Assembly: GCA_047288015.1 (NCBI GenBank)
Contig: CM103819.1
Coordinates: forward strand, 32,689,354-32,753,353
Length of the DNA: 64,000 bases
Source: Mactra antiquata
Taxonomy: Eukaryota
Reading direction: 5' to 3'
Part shown: positions 1 through 11,754 of the stretch, in pieces
Position numbering within the stretch: the first letter of the stretch is position 1
How the letters are laid out: each line of letters begins with the position of its first letter
The notes under the pieces: generated by a model
Seen by the model: the letters and a program-made list of their open reading frames with translations, nothing else
Databases searched by the model: none
What the model was told of the DNA's origin: nothing
Position numbers and translations under genes: made by a program

Positions 1-394
1 TTCTTGTGAAGTAAATAGTGATAATTCTACAATAGAATATTAGGGTGCTGCACCCTGCCCATTTTCCTCCTCCCTGCCCCTTTTTGCTCCCCACTAAGCA
101 GAAATAGTTACTTTGAAACATCAAGCCCAGTCCCTTTTTTGCCTATCTGCCCTTTTCTGAGTTCTAGAATAATCACTAAGTAAAGCTAAAGTACATGAGG
201 GTATTAAATCATATTTGTCTTGATTTAGGCCTTTTTGAAATGATTCTTGTCTAATTTATATGAATAATCATTTTGTAAAGTTAAACATCATCATTATATA
301 GATTTATACACTTGAGACATTTCTTGAAATGATTTCTAATACTAGGCATCACAGTGACTAAAAGTCTATAAAATAGAAGGTGATTTCAATTTAC

Positions 395-421
395 CTGATC
401 AGGCTCCTTTGGCTGTTCATC
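395..421 (-). CDS. PARP4: Candidate 27-nt micro-exon of the PARP4-like gene (DEQPKEPDQ); the gene continues beyond the window start
   Basis: Strong flanking signals (TTTTCAG|GAT ... CAG|GTAAAT) and in-frame with phase 0. The only homology anchor is the weak match to the human ..GEPQEAVRNQ region. Confidence 0.35.
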
Positions 422-1372
422 CTGAAAATGCATTTGATATAGTAAGAACAAATATTGATGAATAAAATGTAATCTAAAATTGTCAGAATGATCTTAGTTA
501 GTTCAAGTTATGTAAATGGCAAACATATTATAGCACTTAGATTGTTCAAGTTATGTAAATGACAGATATATCTTGACCTCTACTGAGTTCACAATGTTTT
601 TCTTTGCTTTGAAATGAAGCTTCTCACTGCGATAGGTGAAAATTAGAGAATGTGACTTCTAGAGTGTTCACTAGGATTTTCTGAGCTTTGACCTGGTGAC
701 CTAGTTTTTGACCCTAGGCAACCAAGTTTCATTGTGGACCTAGATTTTATAGAAGCCAATGTTTTGACAAACTCTCATGATGATTGAATGAAAAAATGTG
801 GTGTACATTGTGTTCACAAGACTTTCTTTGATTTGACCTAGTGACCTATTTCTTGACCTTAGATGACTCATTTTGAAACTCTAGCAATATTTCATTATAA
901 CAAAACATCTGACTAAGTATTATGAAAACTGGACAAAAAATGTCAAAAAAAGATAAATTATAAAGTTTGCTATATAAGTCTACATGATGAAGGCAATGTA
1001 TGCTTATTTTGGTTTTTAAAGGGCTATAACTCTGTTATACATAATGGTATCAGGCTGTTTTATAAAGGTTGTCCAGATCTTCTGGTGGTACAAGGTCTGT
1101 AAAAGTTTGGTCAATATAAAATAAAGAATGAAGCTGCTAGGATGCAGAATGTGTATGAAAGACACACAGACTGATGTGGGACAGCCAATAATCCAAAGAT
1201 TCACCTAAGTACTATGTGCTCAGGTGAGCTAATAAGTAACAATATACTAATCTGTCTAGCAAAGTAAGTCTTGTATTTTGCACTGGATTTGAATGAAAAA
1301 ATTAATGATTTTTTTGTCTTTTGTCACATCCAGTATAACAATATACAAAACAATGAATAAATCAATACTTAC

Positions 1373-1459
1373 CTCTTTATATTCCATATACATTAACTCA
1401 TCAACATTGTCTATTAGTTCAGAAAGTGTAGGTATATTTTCATCTGCTATATCATCATC
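1373..1459 (-). CDS. PARP4: PARP4-like exon 25 (DDDIADENIPTLSELIDNVDELMYMEYKE)
   Basis: Acceptor CATTATAG, donor GAG|GTAAGT. Resembles human PFPDIPKVSELIAKEDVDFLPYMSW. Confidence 0.6.
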
Positions 1460-1499
1460 CTATAATGCATAACATCATATGTAAATTACACTTTTTTGA

Positions 1500-1815
1500 T
1501 TGGATTTAATACTGACACACATTAAGGTTATGTACGGTGGCCAGCTCACGCAACTTTAGCATTTCCTGGACCATTTTCGTTAATCAGTACCACTTACCCT
1601 TCCACAAGGAGCCAATAATTTCTCCCTCTATGGAGGAAAATTGATATTAAATATCAAACTGTAATGGAAGGGTACAACCTGCTCAAGTGGGGATTGAACC
1701 CGGGACCTATGGCTTTATAACCCTGCACTGGGTACAACCTGCTCAATTGGGGATTGAACCCGGGACCTATGGCTTTATAACCCTGCACTCTACCACTGTG
1801 CCAAGGCCAGAGAGC
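1500..1815 (-). mobile_element. SINE family B (..CCTTCCACAAGGAGC..GGGATTGAACCCGGGACC tRNA-like head at the right end) with an internal 58-bp tandem duplication (1674-1732 / 1733-1791)
   Basis: TTGGATTTAATACTGACACACATTAAGGTTATGTACGGTGGCCAGCTCAC..CCTTCCACAAGGAGCC..GGTACAACCTGCTCAAGTGGGGATTGAACCCGGGACCTATGGCTTTATAACCCTGCACTG x2. Track ORFs 1654..1836 and 1687..1944 are spurious. Confidence 0.65.
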
Positions 1816-2325
1816 CAATACAAAATCATTTATCATCTAAAGTTAAAATATATAAATTATAGAAATATAGAAACTTATTACAAGTATGAGATTCAAATAA
1901 TATACAATAGGGTCTATAGTCACATGATCTACAACAACAACTAAGAAGGTAAACAAACACATGTTTTTTTTGCTGGTTTCATTTTTTAGACAAATAATAA
2001 ATATGAATTAACATGAATTCTCCAAATATAGTCAGAAATATATAAAGCCAAACTGAGTTTCTCGGTCCGAATGACATTGGTATAGCTAGTAGGGAACATA
2101 TAGTGAAACCTTCCATTATGGACACCTCCCAATAACTACCATACCTCTACGACTGGCACCTAAAATTCACCTCTTTAATGCATTTTCCAACGAAAATGAC
2201 TCTCCCAACAACAGTCACTTCTATAACAAACAATTTAGCCTAGTCCTTCTACTGACTGTTGCATTGGGTCTACACTTATTTTTATAACTTGTTGATTCAT
2301 GCTGCTTTACTCCACTTTTCAGTAA

Positions 2326-2590
2326 TTTTTCAGTCATATCACAACAGTCAGTCAACCAATGCAATGTTCCTGGAGAGGCTTAGATCTCTAGACCCAAGTT
2401 TTTAACTGGTACTAAGCACCTATCTTCGCTAGTGGCTCACAACTGCCCTACTTGATACAGAGGTAGGAGGGAGAATGGCCATAGAAAGTATTTCATGACC
2501 AAACTCCACAAGGTTGGTTCTTCTCAGGAATAGAACCCTAGATCGGTAGACAGACATGCTGCTGTCTCGGCTAGCCAGGCGGACTTAGTT
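2326..2590 (-). mobile_element. SINE family A copy
   Basis: Shares GAGAATGGCCATAGAAAGTATTTCATGACCAAACTCCACAAGG and the tail CAGTCATATCACAACAGTCAGTCAACC. Confidence 0.55.
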
Positions 2591-3806
2591 TACATGTATA
2601 AGCTAAATCTTATGATGACCATTCATATTTGGTGTCCTGAATTGTAAACTCATGAAAAAATTCCTTGTTTATATAAAAGTTAACTATCATACCTTATCCC
2701 TTTTCTCTATAGCAACAAAACTTGTAAACTGTGTAACAATAGAATATTCTTTACTTAATTCAATGATAAAATTCTTAGTGTTCATCTTCACAATCTACAA
2801 TTATAAACAAAAACAATCATAAGTCAACACTGAAGGGGCTTCTTTCATTGTCACTTTCACGACATTCCTTCATAACAAAGGTGTGTATACCTTAATTAGA
2901 AACTGTATGACACTGGCTGTTAATTTTTACTATCATTAACATCGTCAAAATAATTGCTACTGTAGAAAAATGAAGTTTGAAATATATTTTACAGAATCTC
3001 ACACTGTTTCATAATGTCAACAATCACTGGTTTCTTTTTACCAAACATGTTGACTTTTCACATGTTGGAACATTGCTGAAAAATGTCATTTTTGTCTAGT
3101 TTTATACGGTAGGAGCAATTTGAAGAAGTTCTTCTTTCATCATTATTATGTTACAGAAATGCAACTTGGCAAAATTGTCCTAGGCAATTGTTTTTCAGAA
3201 AATGCCATTTGAACCAAATCCCTGTTACCATGAGAATGCTGGGGCATAGCGATATAAAAAACACTGCAATTTTTGCCCTTTTTCAACCTCAAATTTGCAT
3301 TTCAGACAATATGATGTCTAAAAAGCCAGTACTTTTCAAAGCCTTAAGACATTTCATCCTATCAACATTTTGTGCCAATTTCCTGCAACCAAAGACCAAG
3401 ATTATTTTTCCAGTGATGTGAGGCATTGGGCCCACTTCAAACCTCAGCAACAGAGCCCCCCCTCTGTTATCGCCCTCAGCCATTTTTGATGGGGTAGGAA
3501 TGCAAAGAGAGGTCATTTTCTTTCTTCATCTAAGTGTTATTCACCAATTTGTAATTCGCACTAAAAACAGTATTTTCAACTCTAGTGGTGGCTATTTTAA
3601 AGGGGAAGTGTAACAAGTAAGAACATGGTATTGACCAGTAAAGTTCTAAATTTTACAATATGATTTATGAATGCTTGCAAATAAGATGGTAAAGAAATTT
3701 TGTAAACTTGAAATATCATATATTTTAAAGAAACAGATGGGCTACATCTGAATACTGAAACAACTTGACAAGTTCATAAAATATAATGACAAGATTCACA
3801 GTATAC

Positions 3807-3887
3807 CTCATGATCTATTCTATCAGGGGAGAGAACTCCATCTTCCCAATCGCCAATAACAGCTTTAGCAGTAAGACGATGTAATAT
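3807..3887 (-). CDS. PARP4: PARP4-like exon 24 (ILHRLTAKAVIGDWEDGVLSPDRIDHE)
   Basis: Acceptor TTTTCAG, donor GAG|GTATAC. Resembles human MIHKLAARALIRDYEDGILHENETSHE. Confidence 0.7.
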
Positions 3888-4950
3888 CTGAAAATAACAT
3901 AACATTAACATGGAAATAAGATTTTCTGGACAATTTTCAAGTTCAGTAGATCTTGCTTAACTAACACTTTTAAACTGAAATGTATTTTGAAACAGGTCAC
4001 AATTATGGCTTTACTTCTTTGTCATAACTGTTTGCCACCATTCAGTGCAATTAACATTTAGCCAATCTCCATAAACAGATATCCTAAAACTACTGTATTA
4101 GAATCTCTCGACACTGAACAGGAGGTCACGTTCAGGTGACCTTTGTGTCGGTTCGTTGCGAATTGCGTCATGAATATTATATGAAAGCAAAGGTCAGCTG
4201 AATGTGACCCGTAATGCGAGCTTGTCAGATTTAAAATAAGCGAGTACGCGAGCGGGGAATTTTAGATCAGGTTTTAATCAGATTGACATTTAGCCTGAGC
4301 CCGATTCCATAAAAATTTCAAACAGATCATAACTATCAGTGAGTAGACTGAACAGCAATTTTACAGCATACACAGGATTACATCTAAACAGTAAAAACCT
4401 TTTTTTCTATAGAAAACTAATAATTTTCAATAATGTGGTAGTTTGGTAGACCAATTTTTAGTTGTATTGCAGCGATCAGTCTACATATCAGTGGCCCTGG
4501 AGAAGCTTAGATCTCTAGACTAGTACTAAGCACATACCTTAGCCAGTGACTGACAATACAGCGGCAGGAAGAACAATTGCCACAAAGAGTATTTCATGAC
4601 CAAAGGTATGTAAGTCCCCCCCCCCTGGGAATGAAACTTGTAATCCCTAGATTGGTAGGCAGATGTGCTGAGCCAGCCAGGTATGCTGGGATTATTGCAC
4701 TGTATATGTACATGCATACAGAAAAACATACTACTGTTCATACTATAATTGTCTTTTTTGAATTATCAAATATCTACAGATAATAACCAGTTATAAGGAA
4801 GTAGAATGAAGTGTAACGAAAAACCCAAGAGCAGCCACTAGGGTATGTTCAACTACCTAGATTTGGTAAACACTAATGTCCACTTGCAACTAAATACAAA
4901 CACCAATCTAAAATAATTCTAAATAAATATTTACAAGTAATTGTACTTAC

Positions 4951-5031
4951 CTTTCCTTCTGTTATACTAAGACTGGAAGCAGACACCATTGTTTCAACTT
5001 CTTCCCCTCCGATACTAGCTTTCAGTATTGC
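4951..5031 (-). CDS. PARP4: PARP4-like exon 23 (AILKASIGGEEVETMVSASSLSITEGK)
   Basis: Acceptor TGATAACAG, donor AAG|GTAAGT. Resembles human ATLCALIQEKEFRTMVSTTELQKTTGT. 27 codons. Confidence 0.65.
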
Positions 5032-5141
5032 CTGTTATCACAATACAATCAATATGTCTTATTAAATTACTAAACATCACATTATTACATGTAATTATGT
5101 TATGATATATAGATAAAACATCACATTTATTAAATTATAAA

Positions 5142-5840
5142 CAGTTGAATAACAATTTTCCGAAAGTTGATTTTTCAAATTTGGGGGAATTCAAAGCCGA
5201 CCTGCAGAGCAGCAGTCCTGACATTTTCTCTTATATATCTATTGTAAAAATATTGTGATTCTTCATAACGCATTTTTTTCGAAATTTTCATGAATATGAA
5301 GCAAAATTGTGTGTAGCCTGCCAAGCTAGGAATTAATTGAAATTAAACAATTTTTCGAAGATGGTGTAGTGTCATAAGTTGTTCACACCTCTGATCGTAT
5401 ATCTTAAAAAAAGTTTACAAAGTCAATTAAATTCAATCGCAGTTCTTCGCCAGCTTATCATGTCTCTGTGGGTATTTCACCCCATTTGTTCTATTCTTTA
5501 TACTTGCGAACATAAGTTAAAATTATCCTAACTTTAAACTCCACAGTCGCCGGTGCTTGCCTGGGTGAGAAAGGAGGACGGGAGATTAAATAAAAATAAA
5601 AATCAATAATAAAATCAATGAATATCTATTTGTACTTAATAAAATCCTATCAACATAATTCAACAACAATATATGAAGGACAACTCTGCGAGTGTTACTC
5701 TGAGTAATTATCATGACGCACATATGTTATGAGAAACACCGAATTTCCTACAAACTGTCAATTCATAATTTTTCAAAATCACAATTTTTCAAAAAAAAAA
5801 TCTAGTCCAAAGCCACTTCCAAAAATCATAATTGAACTTG
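5142..5840. mobile_element. Diverged second copy of the ~700-bp CAGTTGAAT MITE family
   Basis: Collinear shared blocks with 27363-28073 (GTTCACACCTC, TACAAAGTCAATTAA, AAATCAATGA..TCTATTTGTAC, GGACAACTCTGCGA, TATCATGACGC, TTTTCGAAATCGCGATTTTTCAAA). Ends CAGTTGAATAAC / CATAATTGAACTTG. Confidence 0.55.
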
Positions 5841-6512
5841 CTTAATTAAATATAAACACATTAGTTATTTTCTGCAATGAATAACTAAAAAGATGAAATT
5901 AATAGCATAAAATTTAATTCCAAAGAACTAAATAGCATTATTATTTATTTACTTATTATTTAAGTTAGGGAGAAAACTTTCAGCGATATTTGATGGGGAA
6001 TAATAATAAATTGATCATCATTATCCATACTTTTACAATAATTAGCATACATTAGATAAGAGTTTCTTGCTGAAGGATATTATAAGGTGGGTTTTTGGAT
6101 GGGTTTAAAACCACAGAGCTAGCTATCCAAAGATTTACCAGTCAGAATTTATAATCACTCGGCATTGCCCACTCCTTCAAACTTTCATTCCATCTTCAAT
6201 AAAAAAGGCATAAATATTACATAAAGATTTATCCCAGCAATGACTCTTGAAATGAAAGCTATATACATGTAAACTATAAATAATACTATATGAACAATAG
6301 ATTCTAATTTATGTGGTTTTCCATGAGGTACAAACACACTTTCACTGTTATAATGAAAATATGAGTACAAAGAACAACAGCCTGAATTGAATTTGCAGGC
6401 TTTTCAACACCAGCATATGTAAAGCATTGTTTGGACCTAGAGGAAAAATCCCATAAACTTGAGCTTGGCATTACATCTACTGTATCAATAGACCTTTACA
6501 ATCAATACTTAC

Positions 6513-6683
6513 AGAGGTACAGTTTGGTACAAATCCATAAATAACAACTCTAGAACCATTAAACAATGCCGTTATTTGACTAGGTGCTTGCACAGGGGGA
6601 GGAAAATCTGCTCCATGCTGTTCCCAGTGTACACTAACTGATGTTAAACCGGGTTGAGCTGCTTTATGTATCTGGGACTTCAC
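6513..6683 (-). CDS. PARP4: PARP4-like exon 22 (VKSQIHKAAQPGLTSVSVHWEQHGADFPPPVQAPSQITALFNGSRVVIYGFVPNCTS)
   Basis: Acceptor TTTTGTAG, donor TCT|GTAAGT. Resembles human SPSCHSVSVKWQQLNPDVPEALQAPAQVPSLFLNDRLLVYGFIPHCTQ. Confidence 0.8.
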
Positions 6684-8068
6684 CTACAAAAGTTTAAACA
6701 AAATTATGTTTAATTGGATCTAGTTCAATTAATACAAATTCAACCAATAACTTAATATAAGCTAATATTATAATATTTTGACAAACAATTACCATTCATA
6801 TACAATTACCATAGCAGAGGTTAAATATGGCACTTCTATTTCGATGCATACAAGCTAATTATAATGAACAACTAGCTTGATTTTATGGTGAAAAACATAG
6901 CAAGGAATAAGTAAAATTAAATATTCAATGCTGTCATACATTACATAAATGTATATTATACATGCAAATTAGCATTATCAATAGCAGTGGGTTTATTCTA
7001 CAATAACAAACATCCAACAAGAAAACATATCAACTATTGGTTAACTGATTTTGGCCAAGTTGCTGATGTTGCAAACAATTTTCAATACGAAGCATTAATC
7101 GATATGTACCAATTTTGCAATAATTTCATCAATGATTTCAAAAACAGGAAAATGGTGCAACTTTAAGTCATTATACAAAAAAAACTGAAAATTTTAAGGT
7201 AACTTTAGCCTCCAATGAATTTTAGTCACCACATAGATCATAGGCCTATATGACTAAGGGTGCACTGCAAAAACCTAAGTTGTTTTGCAACATGAGTAGT
7301 AATAGTAAAATTATTTTCTTGTTCTGCTTTAACAGAGCCCAAAAGCATGGATTTTCATACCTATTCATATCATTAATACCAAATGCCCTGTTTTATTCAA
7401 TGAAAATGGTAATCATCAGAAAGTATGACAACTATAAAGATAGCATGATGGGAGTCTGCGAGCTCAGACTCTTTCGTTGGTGATATTCCTGATCAGTTTC
7501 ATTCAGCATTTGTGAACTGTTTAGAGGATTAGACCAATTGGATTTAACAAGACAAAAGAGAGTGAAAAATAGCAGACATCAACCCTCATATTGAGGAAAA
7601 GCATCAATATAAACAATGCAAAGATAATGCAATACTTAGAATCAAGAAAAATTCTTGACAACCACATTGAGAACAAAGTCACAATGAATACTTCATAGTC
7701 TGCTAAATTATGTCATGCCATCACACATACTCTATAGTCCCTTTCCATCTAGTAAGGCTCAATATTTTTGGTTAGGATGGAAATAACTCCACTGCCACTT
7801 CATACTACATATATAATGATAGTTCAGTTTACACGAATTAACTTATTACTTGATTGTGAAACTCTGGAGTCCAGTTCCTGGTATTGCAGTATTAGTCATA
7901 TAAAATAGCGTTTCTCGCTCAAGGAAACAATAGTTAGGTTAACTTTTAAATCATGAAATACAAACTAACACAGAGCTAGATAGCTTGATTACCAGTCCAA
8001 TTTTGGAACTGGTTAGTCATGAACACTCCATCATGCTATAACATGTATAATGATAAGCAATTGATTAC

Positions 8069-8168
8069 CTTGGCCTCCCATTTAGATTTAGCTTTAGAAT
8101 CAAAGAATTCAAATGCTCCAGCAGCAGTTCTTGCTAAATTTCTAAGTAGATGACAATCAGCAGTAGCA
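8069..8168 (-). CDS. PARP4: PARP4-like exon 21, vWA end (G-ATADCHLLRNLARTAAGAFEFFDSKAKSKWEAK)
   Basis: Acceptor TTGTTGTAG, donor AAG|GTAATC. Resembles human STANRHVLRILSQCGAGVFEYFNAKSKHSWRKQ. Confidence 0.75.
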
Positions 8169-8212
8169 CTACAACAAAATAACAAACATAGGTAGGGCTA
8201 GAAATGCTTCAT

Positions 8213-8520
8213 TTTTATTTCAATTGGGTTTAACACTGTAGCGACACTTTGTATAGGTCATATCATGGCGGTCAGTCAACCTACTCACTTTTTATGGAAA
8301 GGCTTTGATCTCTGGATCTAAGTTGTTAGTCAGTATTAAGCACATAATTTTGTCAGTGACTGACAACTACCCTACATGATACAGAATCAGTGGTAGGATG
8401 GAGAATGGCCGTAGATATTATTTCTTTACCGAGCTCCACGAAAGTATGCCCCACCCAGGAATCAAACCCACGACCCCTTGATCAAAAGGCTTGTGCACTA
8501 CAAACTGAGCTAGCCAGACA
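8213..8520 (-). mobile_element. SINE family A copy
   Basis: Collinear with 14207-14500. Lies between PARP4 exons 20 and 21. Confidence 0.65.
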
Positions 8521-8625
8521 GGATAGAAATGCTTCATTAAATAATGACTATTACATGTAACAATCATGTTGATCAATCTGTTTGATCAATCAGAAGTTTT
8601 TTTGTTTGTTTATGCTTTATTAAGT

Positions 8626-8860
8626 AATTGGATTTAATGCCATTTATCAACACATATTAAGATTATGTATGGCGGCCAGCTCAACCAACTATAGCATTTC
8701 CTGGACCATTTTCTTTAACCAGTACTGCACATCCTTCCACAAGGAGCCAAAAACTTCTCCCTCAACGGACAAAATTCTGGCGACTTTTCAAGGAAGGGTG
8801 TGACCTGTGGTATTGGGGATTTTATCCGGGCTCTACAAATTTGCCACAGCTGCAGCTTAG
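8626..8860 (-). mobile_element. SINE family B copy
   Basis: TTGGATTTAATGCCATTTATCAACACATATTAAGATTATGTATGGCGGCCAGCTCAACC..CCTTCCACAAGGAGCC. Confidence 0.6.
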
Positions 8861-9115
8861 AATACTGATTATTACATATGAATGACTTACATAAATGTAC
8901 TGCTTGTTGGTGGAGCAAAATATGGACGTTTTTATGGAAAGTATTTGACATTGAAAATGAGATTTTTTTATATACCACAAAGAAAAATTTTATTCAGTGC
9001 TATCCTACTGTAAAACATATAGTCAGTCAAGCTAGTGTTTGCTAACATTTTCAACAAAGTCTGTAATAGTAATGGTGATAAAGTAAGAAGAAATAGTTGT
9101 TCATAAAATACATAC

Positions 9116-9303
9116 CCAATACCAAAGGTAAATATCCTAGTATGCTGAGAGTTATCCCTGGCAGATATCAACATTGTGTCAGGATTATTTAGATGACCAT
9201 CAGATATAATAAATATATTCTGATTATAATTCTCTGGTTTCAGTAGATATATTGAATGTAATGGTCTTATAACTTCTGTGTTTCCCATTGTTGCTGTCAC
9301 ATT
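9116..9303 (-). CDS. PARP4: PARP4-like exon 20, vWA (NVTATMGNTEVIRPLHSIYLLKPENYNQNIFIISDGHLNNPDTMLISARDNSQHTRIFTFGIG)
   Basis: Acceptor TTTTTCAG, donor GG|GTATGT. Resembles human SATPTMGNTDFWKTLRYLSLLYP..RNILLVSDGHLQDE...RSRPHTRLFACGIG. Confidence 0.8.
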
Positions 9304-9461
9304 CTGAAAAATATAATAATAGAAAATATAATAAAGATTTACTAGTAGTATATAGTCCAGTGTGGGTTTGCAAGTCAGGAACTAAATTGTTATTACCCAG
9401 TTTTCTCTTATCAATGTATCCATATAACTAACAGAAGGCCAAACTAGATACACACAGCTTT

Positions 9462-9755
9462 GGCAGTTTGTTTTTGTTGGGTTTAATGCTATGTCAACAC
9501 AAATTATTGTCATTTTCACAGAGGCCAGCTCACCTAACCTAGTATTCCTGGACACTTTGTCTATAACCAGTACTCTCCTACCCTTCCACAAGGCTGACAA
9601 TGTCTCCATAAACCATATTAATGGAGGAAATCGACATTACTGTTGAATTTTCATGAGAGGGTACAATCAGTTCAAGTGGATTTGAAATAGCGACCCCTTC
9701 AGGACACTAGATTCGAAATTATATGCTTTACTATGGCGCCATGGACCCGGGACAA
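9462..9755 (-). mobile_element. SINE family B copy, flanked by ~160-bp direct repeats (9303-9467 and 9750-9910)
   Basis: GTTGGGTTTAATGCTATGTCAACAC..GAGGCCAGCTCACCTAACC..CCTTCCACAAGGCTGAC..GGCGCCATGGACCCGGGAC. The flanking repeat AATAATAGAAAATATAA(TAA)AGATTTACTAGTAGTATATAGTCCAGTGTG.GTTTGCAAGTCAG...CTAACAGAAGGCCAAACTAGATACACAC is present on both sides. Confidence 0.65.
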
Positions 9756-10997
9756 AAAATAATAATAGAAAATATAAAGATTTACTAGTAGTATATAGTC
9801 CAGTGTGAGTTTGCAAGTCAGAGAATATATTGTTATTACCTAGTTTACTCTTTATATTGTATCCACATAACTAACAGAAGGCCAAACTAGATACACACTG
9901 CCTTGGCAGCAATTACGTGTTTGTTTCTTTAACCAATCACTCTGCAATTTTTCTGTGATGTATTGCTGATTTAAAATCTCATGACCAACTGCGTTTCATT
10001 AGATCTTAAACAACGACATCTTAAAATTGTATCGACATTGCAAATGTCTCGAACATTGTCTATGTACCTGCTAGTGGCTATTATTATCTAAAACTCAGCA
10101 ATGGTGATGAGGATGAAAACTTGCGACATTTTAAAGTAAGTGAAAATAGAACCTTAGGCAGAATTACATAATTTATTAGTATTTATAAATACTGTGTAAG
10201 TTTAAATTTCCAAGGGTTAGGGTTTTAGAATTTTTCCAACATGAAAGACAATTTTATTTCCGTGGACAAACTGTTTGCGGTCTCAGAAATTCTGAATATC
10301 AGTGATTTTGTTTCCGACATTTCCATGGATATAATTTCTACAGTTCAACTAAAGACGGCAGAAATAGTGGAAATCAAGTACTTGCAAAAATTTCTATTCA
10401 CATGGTAATAACAAAGTACTTTAGTATTACTACATTTATTCCGACACACAAATCAAATCAAGTGTATACATGTTTATATGAAAATTTGATGACATGAAAG
10501 TGGAGATAATTGTCAAAGTAAGTCTTTTATAGACTATACATAATTATCCGGAATTCAAATTTTGGGGTTTTTCCCTGTGATACAAACAAAATTTTATCGG
10601 TAAAATGAAAATATATGTACAAAGAACAATACGTTATAATCCATGTTTTGTGTTTTTTTAGAAATAATGTGTAAAAATCTTTGTTTGTACTGCCTGTGCA
10701 CAAATGGAAAAACCAATAATTTGGAGTACCAAATTAAGTCTTTTGACAGAAATTGATATAAGCTTGATTGTTAAACAAGTTTTTTTCCACTTATAGCAGT
10801 CCCTCTCAAGTTTGCTTCCTGGACCCCCAGCAGTAAATTAATATAAAATAAAATAGACCAGGTTGGTTTTCCATAGGATTTAAACCAACCCAGAGCTGAT
10901 TATTCAAACTTAACATTGTATTAGTTCAAACCTGATTAGCCTAAACCTGATCCAAGAAACAAAGTTATCACAAAGAAATAAAATAAATTCAACAAAC

Positions 10998-11071
10998 CAT
11001 GATGAATTCTGATGCCAACTTTCTGTTGGCAGTTGTATTAGTGACACATGTTGGGAACAATTCCTGCCATG
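10998..11071 (-). CDS. PARP4: PARP4-like exon 19, vWA (A-WQELFPTCVTNTTANRKLASEFIM)
   Basis: Acceptor TGTTTTCAG, donor ATG|GTTTGT (weak donor). Resembles human YKELFSYPKHITSNTMAAEFIM. Phase 1 in, 0 out. Confidence 0.55.
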
Positions 11072-11567
11072 CTGAAAACATTCAAATATAAAATATAAGA
11101 ATTTATAACATATTTTATTGTTCACATTATATAAGCATTTAAAAACAAAAGTTTTATAGAATTTTATAAAGAAAACCCTGATGTACAATAAGTTTTCAAA
11201 TATAAGGTGATAAGTTTTATTAGTGACAGGAGATTCACAGATGAAATGGGTATACAGATGGCCTGAAACTACTTGCTACGTCATTCTCATAATCACAAGG
11301 AATATTTTTGAGAGAAATTAGTTAGGCATCTGAAGTTGACTGACGCTGTGATATGACCTATACAATGTGTTGCTATGGTGTTAAACCCTACCAAAAAAAA
11401 GGATTTATCAGTGAGTCTACCATTCTTTGTCTAATACATATTTGGTTGTATTGAAAGTATTCACCAGGGTAAATATATTCTTTCTTGTCCCATATTGTTT
11501 AATTTTGGGATTTAGAGTTTATATGCAGATCTCAAGTTATAGCCAGTGAGGTATAGCATATGCTTAC

Positions 11568-11754
11568 CAGTTCCAAATACAACAATGTTAATGTTCCAAG
11601 AGGGAGGTAACTGCTGCAGAGTTAGTAGAAGAATTTTCTTGGCATTAACCAGATTATCTCCCTTCATTGAGTTAGATAAATCTAACATCAAAATAACACT
11701 TGTATCATCATTATCACAGGCTTCAAATTCTGGATAAAATGTCAGCATACAAGC
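11568..11754 (-). CDS. PARP4: PARP4-like exon 18, vWA domain start with MIDAS DxSxS (ACMLTFYPEFEACDNDDTSVILMLDLSNSMKGDNLVNAKKILLLTLQQLPPSWNINIVVFGT)
   Basis: Acceptor TTTCAG, donor CTG|GTAAGC. Resembles human ACMLVFQPDL...EVIICLDCSSSMEG...KVNIIQFGTG. Confidence 0.8.

Noticed and set aside
1654-1944. ORFs 1654..1836(-) and 1687..1944(+) with repeated GIEPGTYGFITLH peptides
   Set aside because: They are translations of a tandemly duplicated SINE tRNA-like head (GGGATTGAACCCGGGACC), not coding sequence.
3188-3516. Overlapping 77-aa (+) and 75-aa (-) ORFs
   Set aside because: No homology, no splice context, located in a PARP4 intron; composition typical of random AT-rich ORFs.
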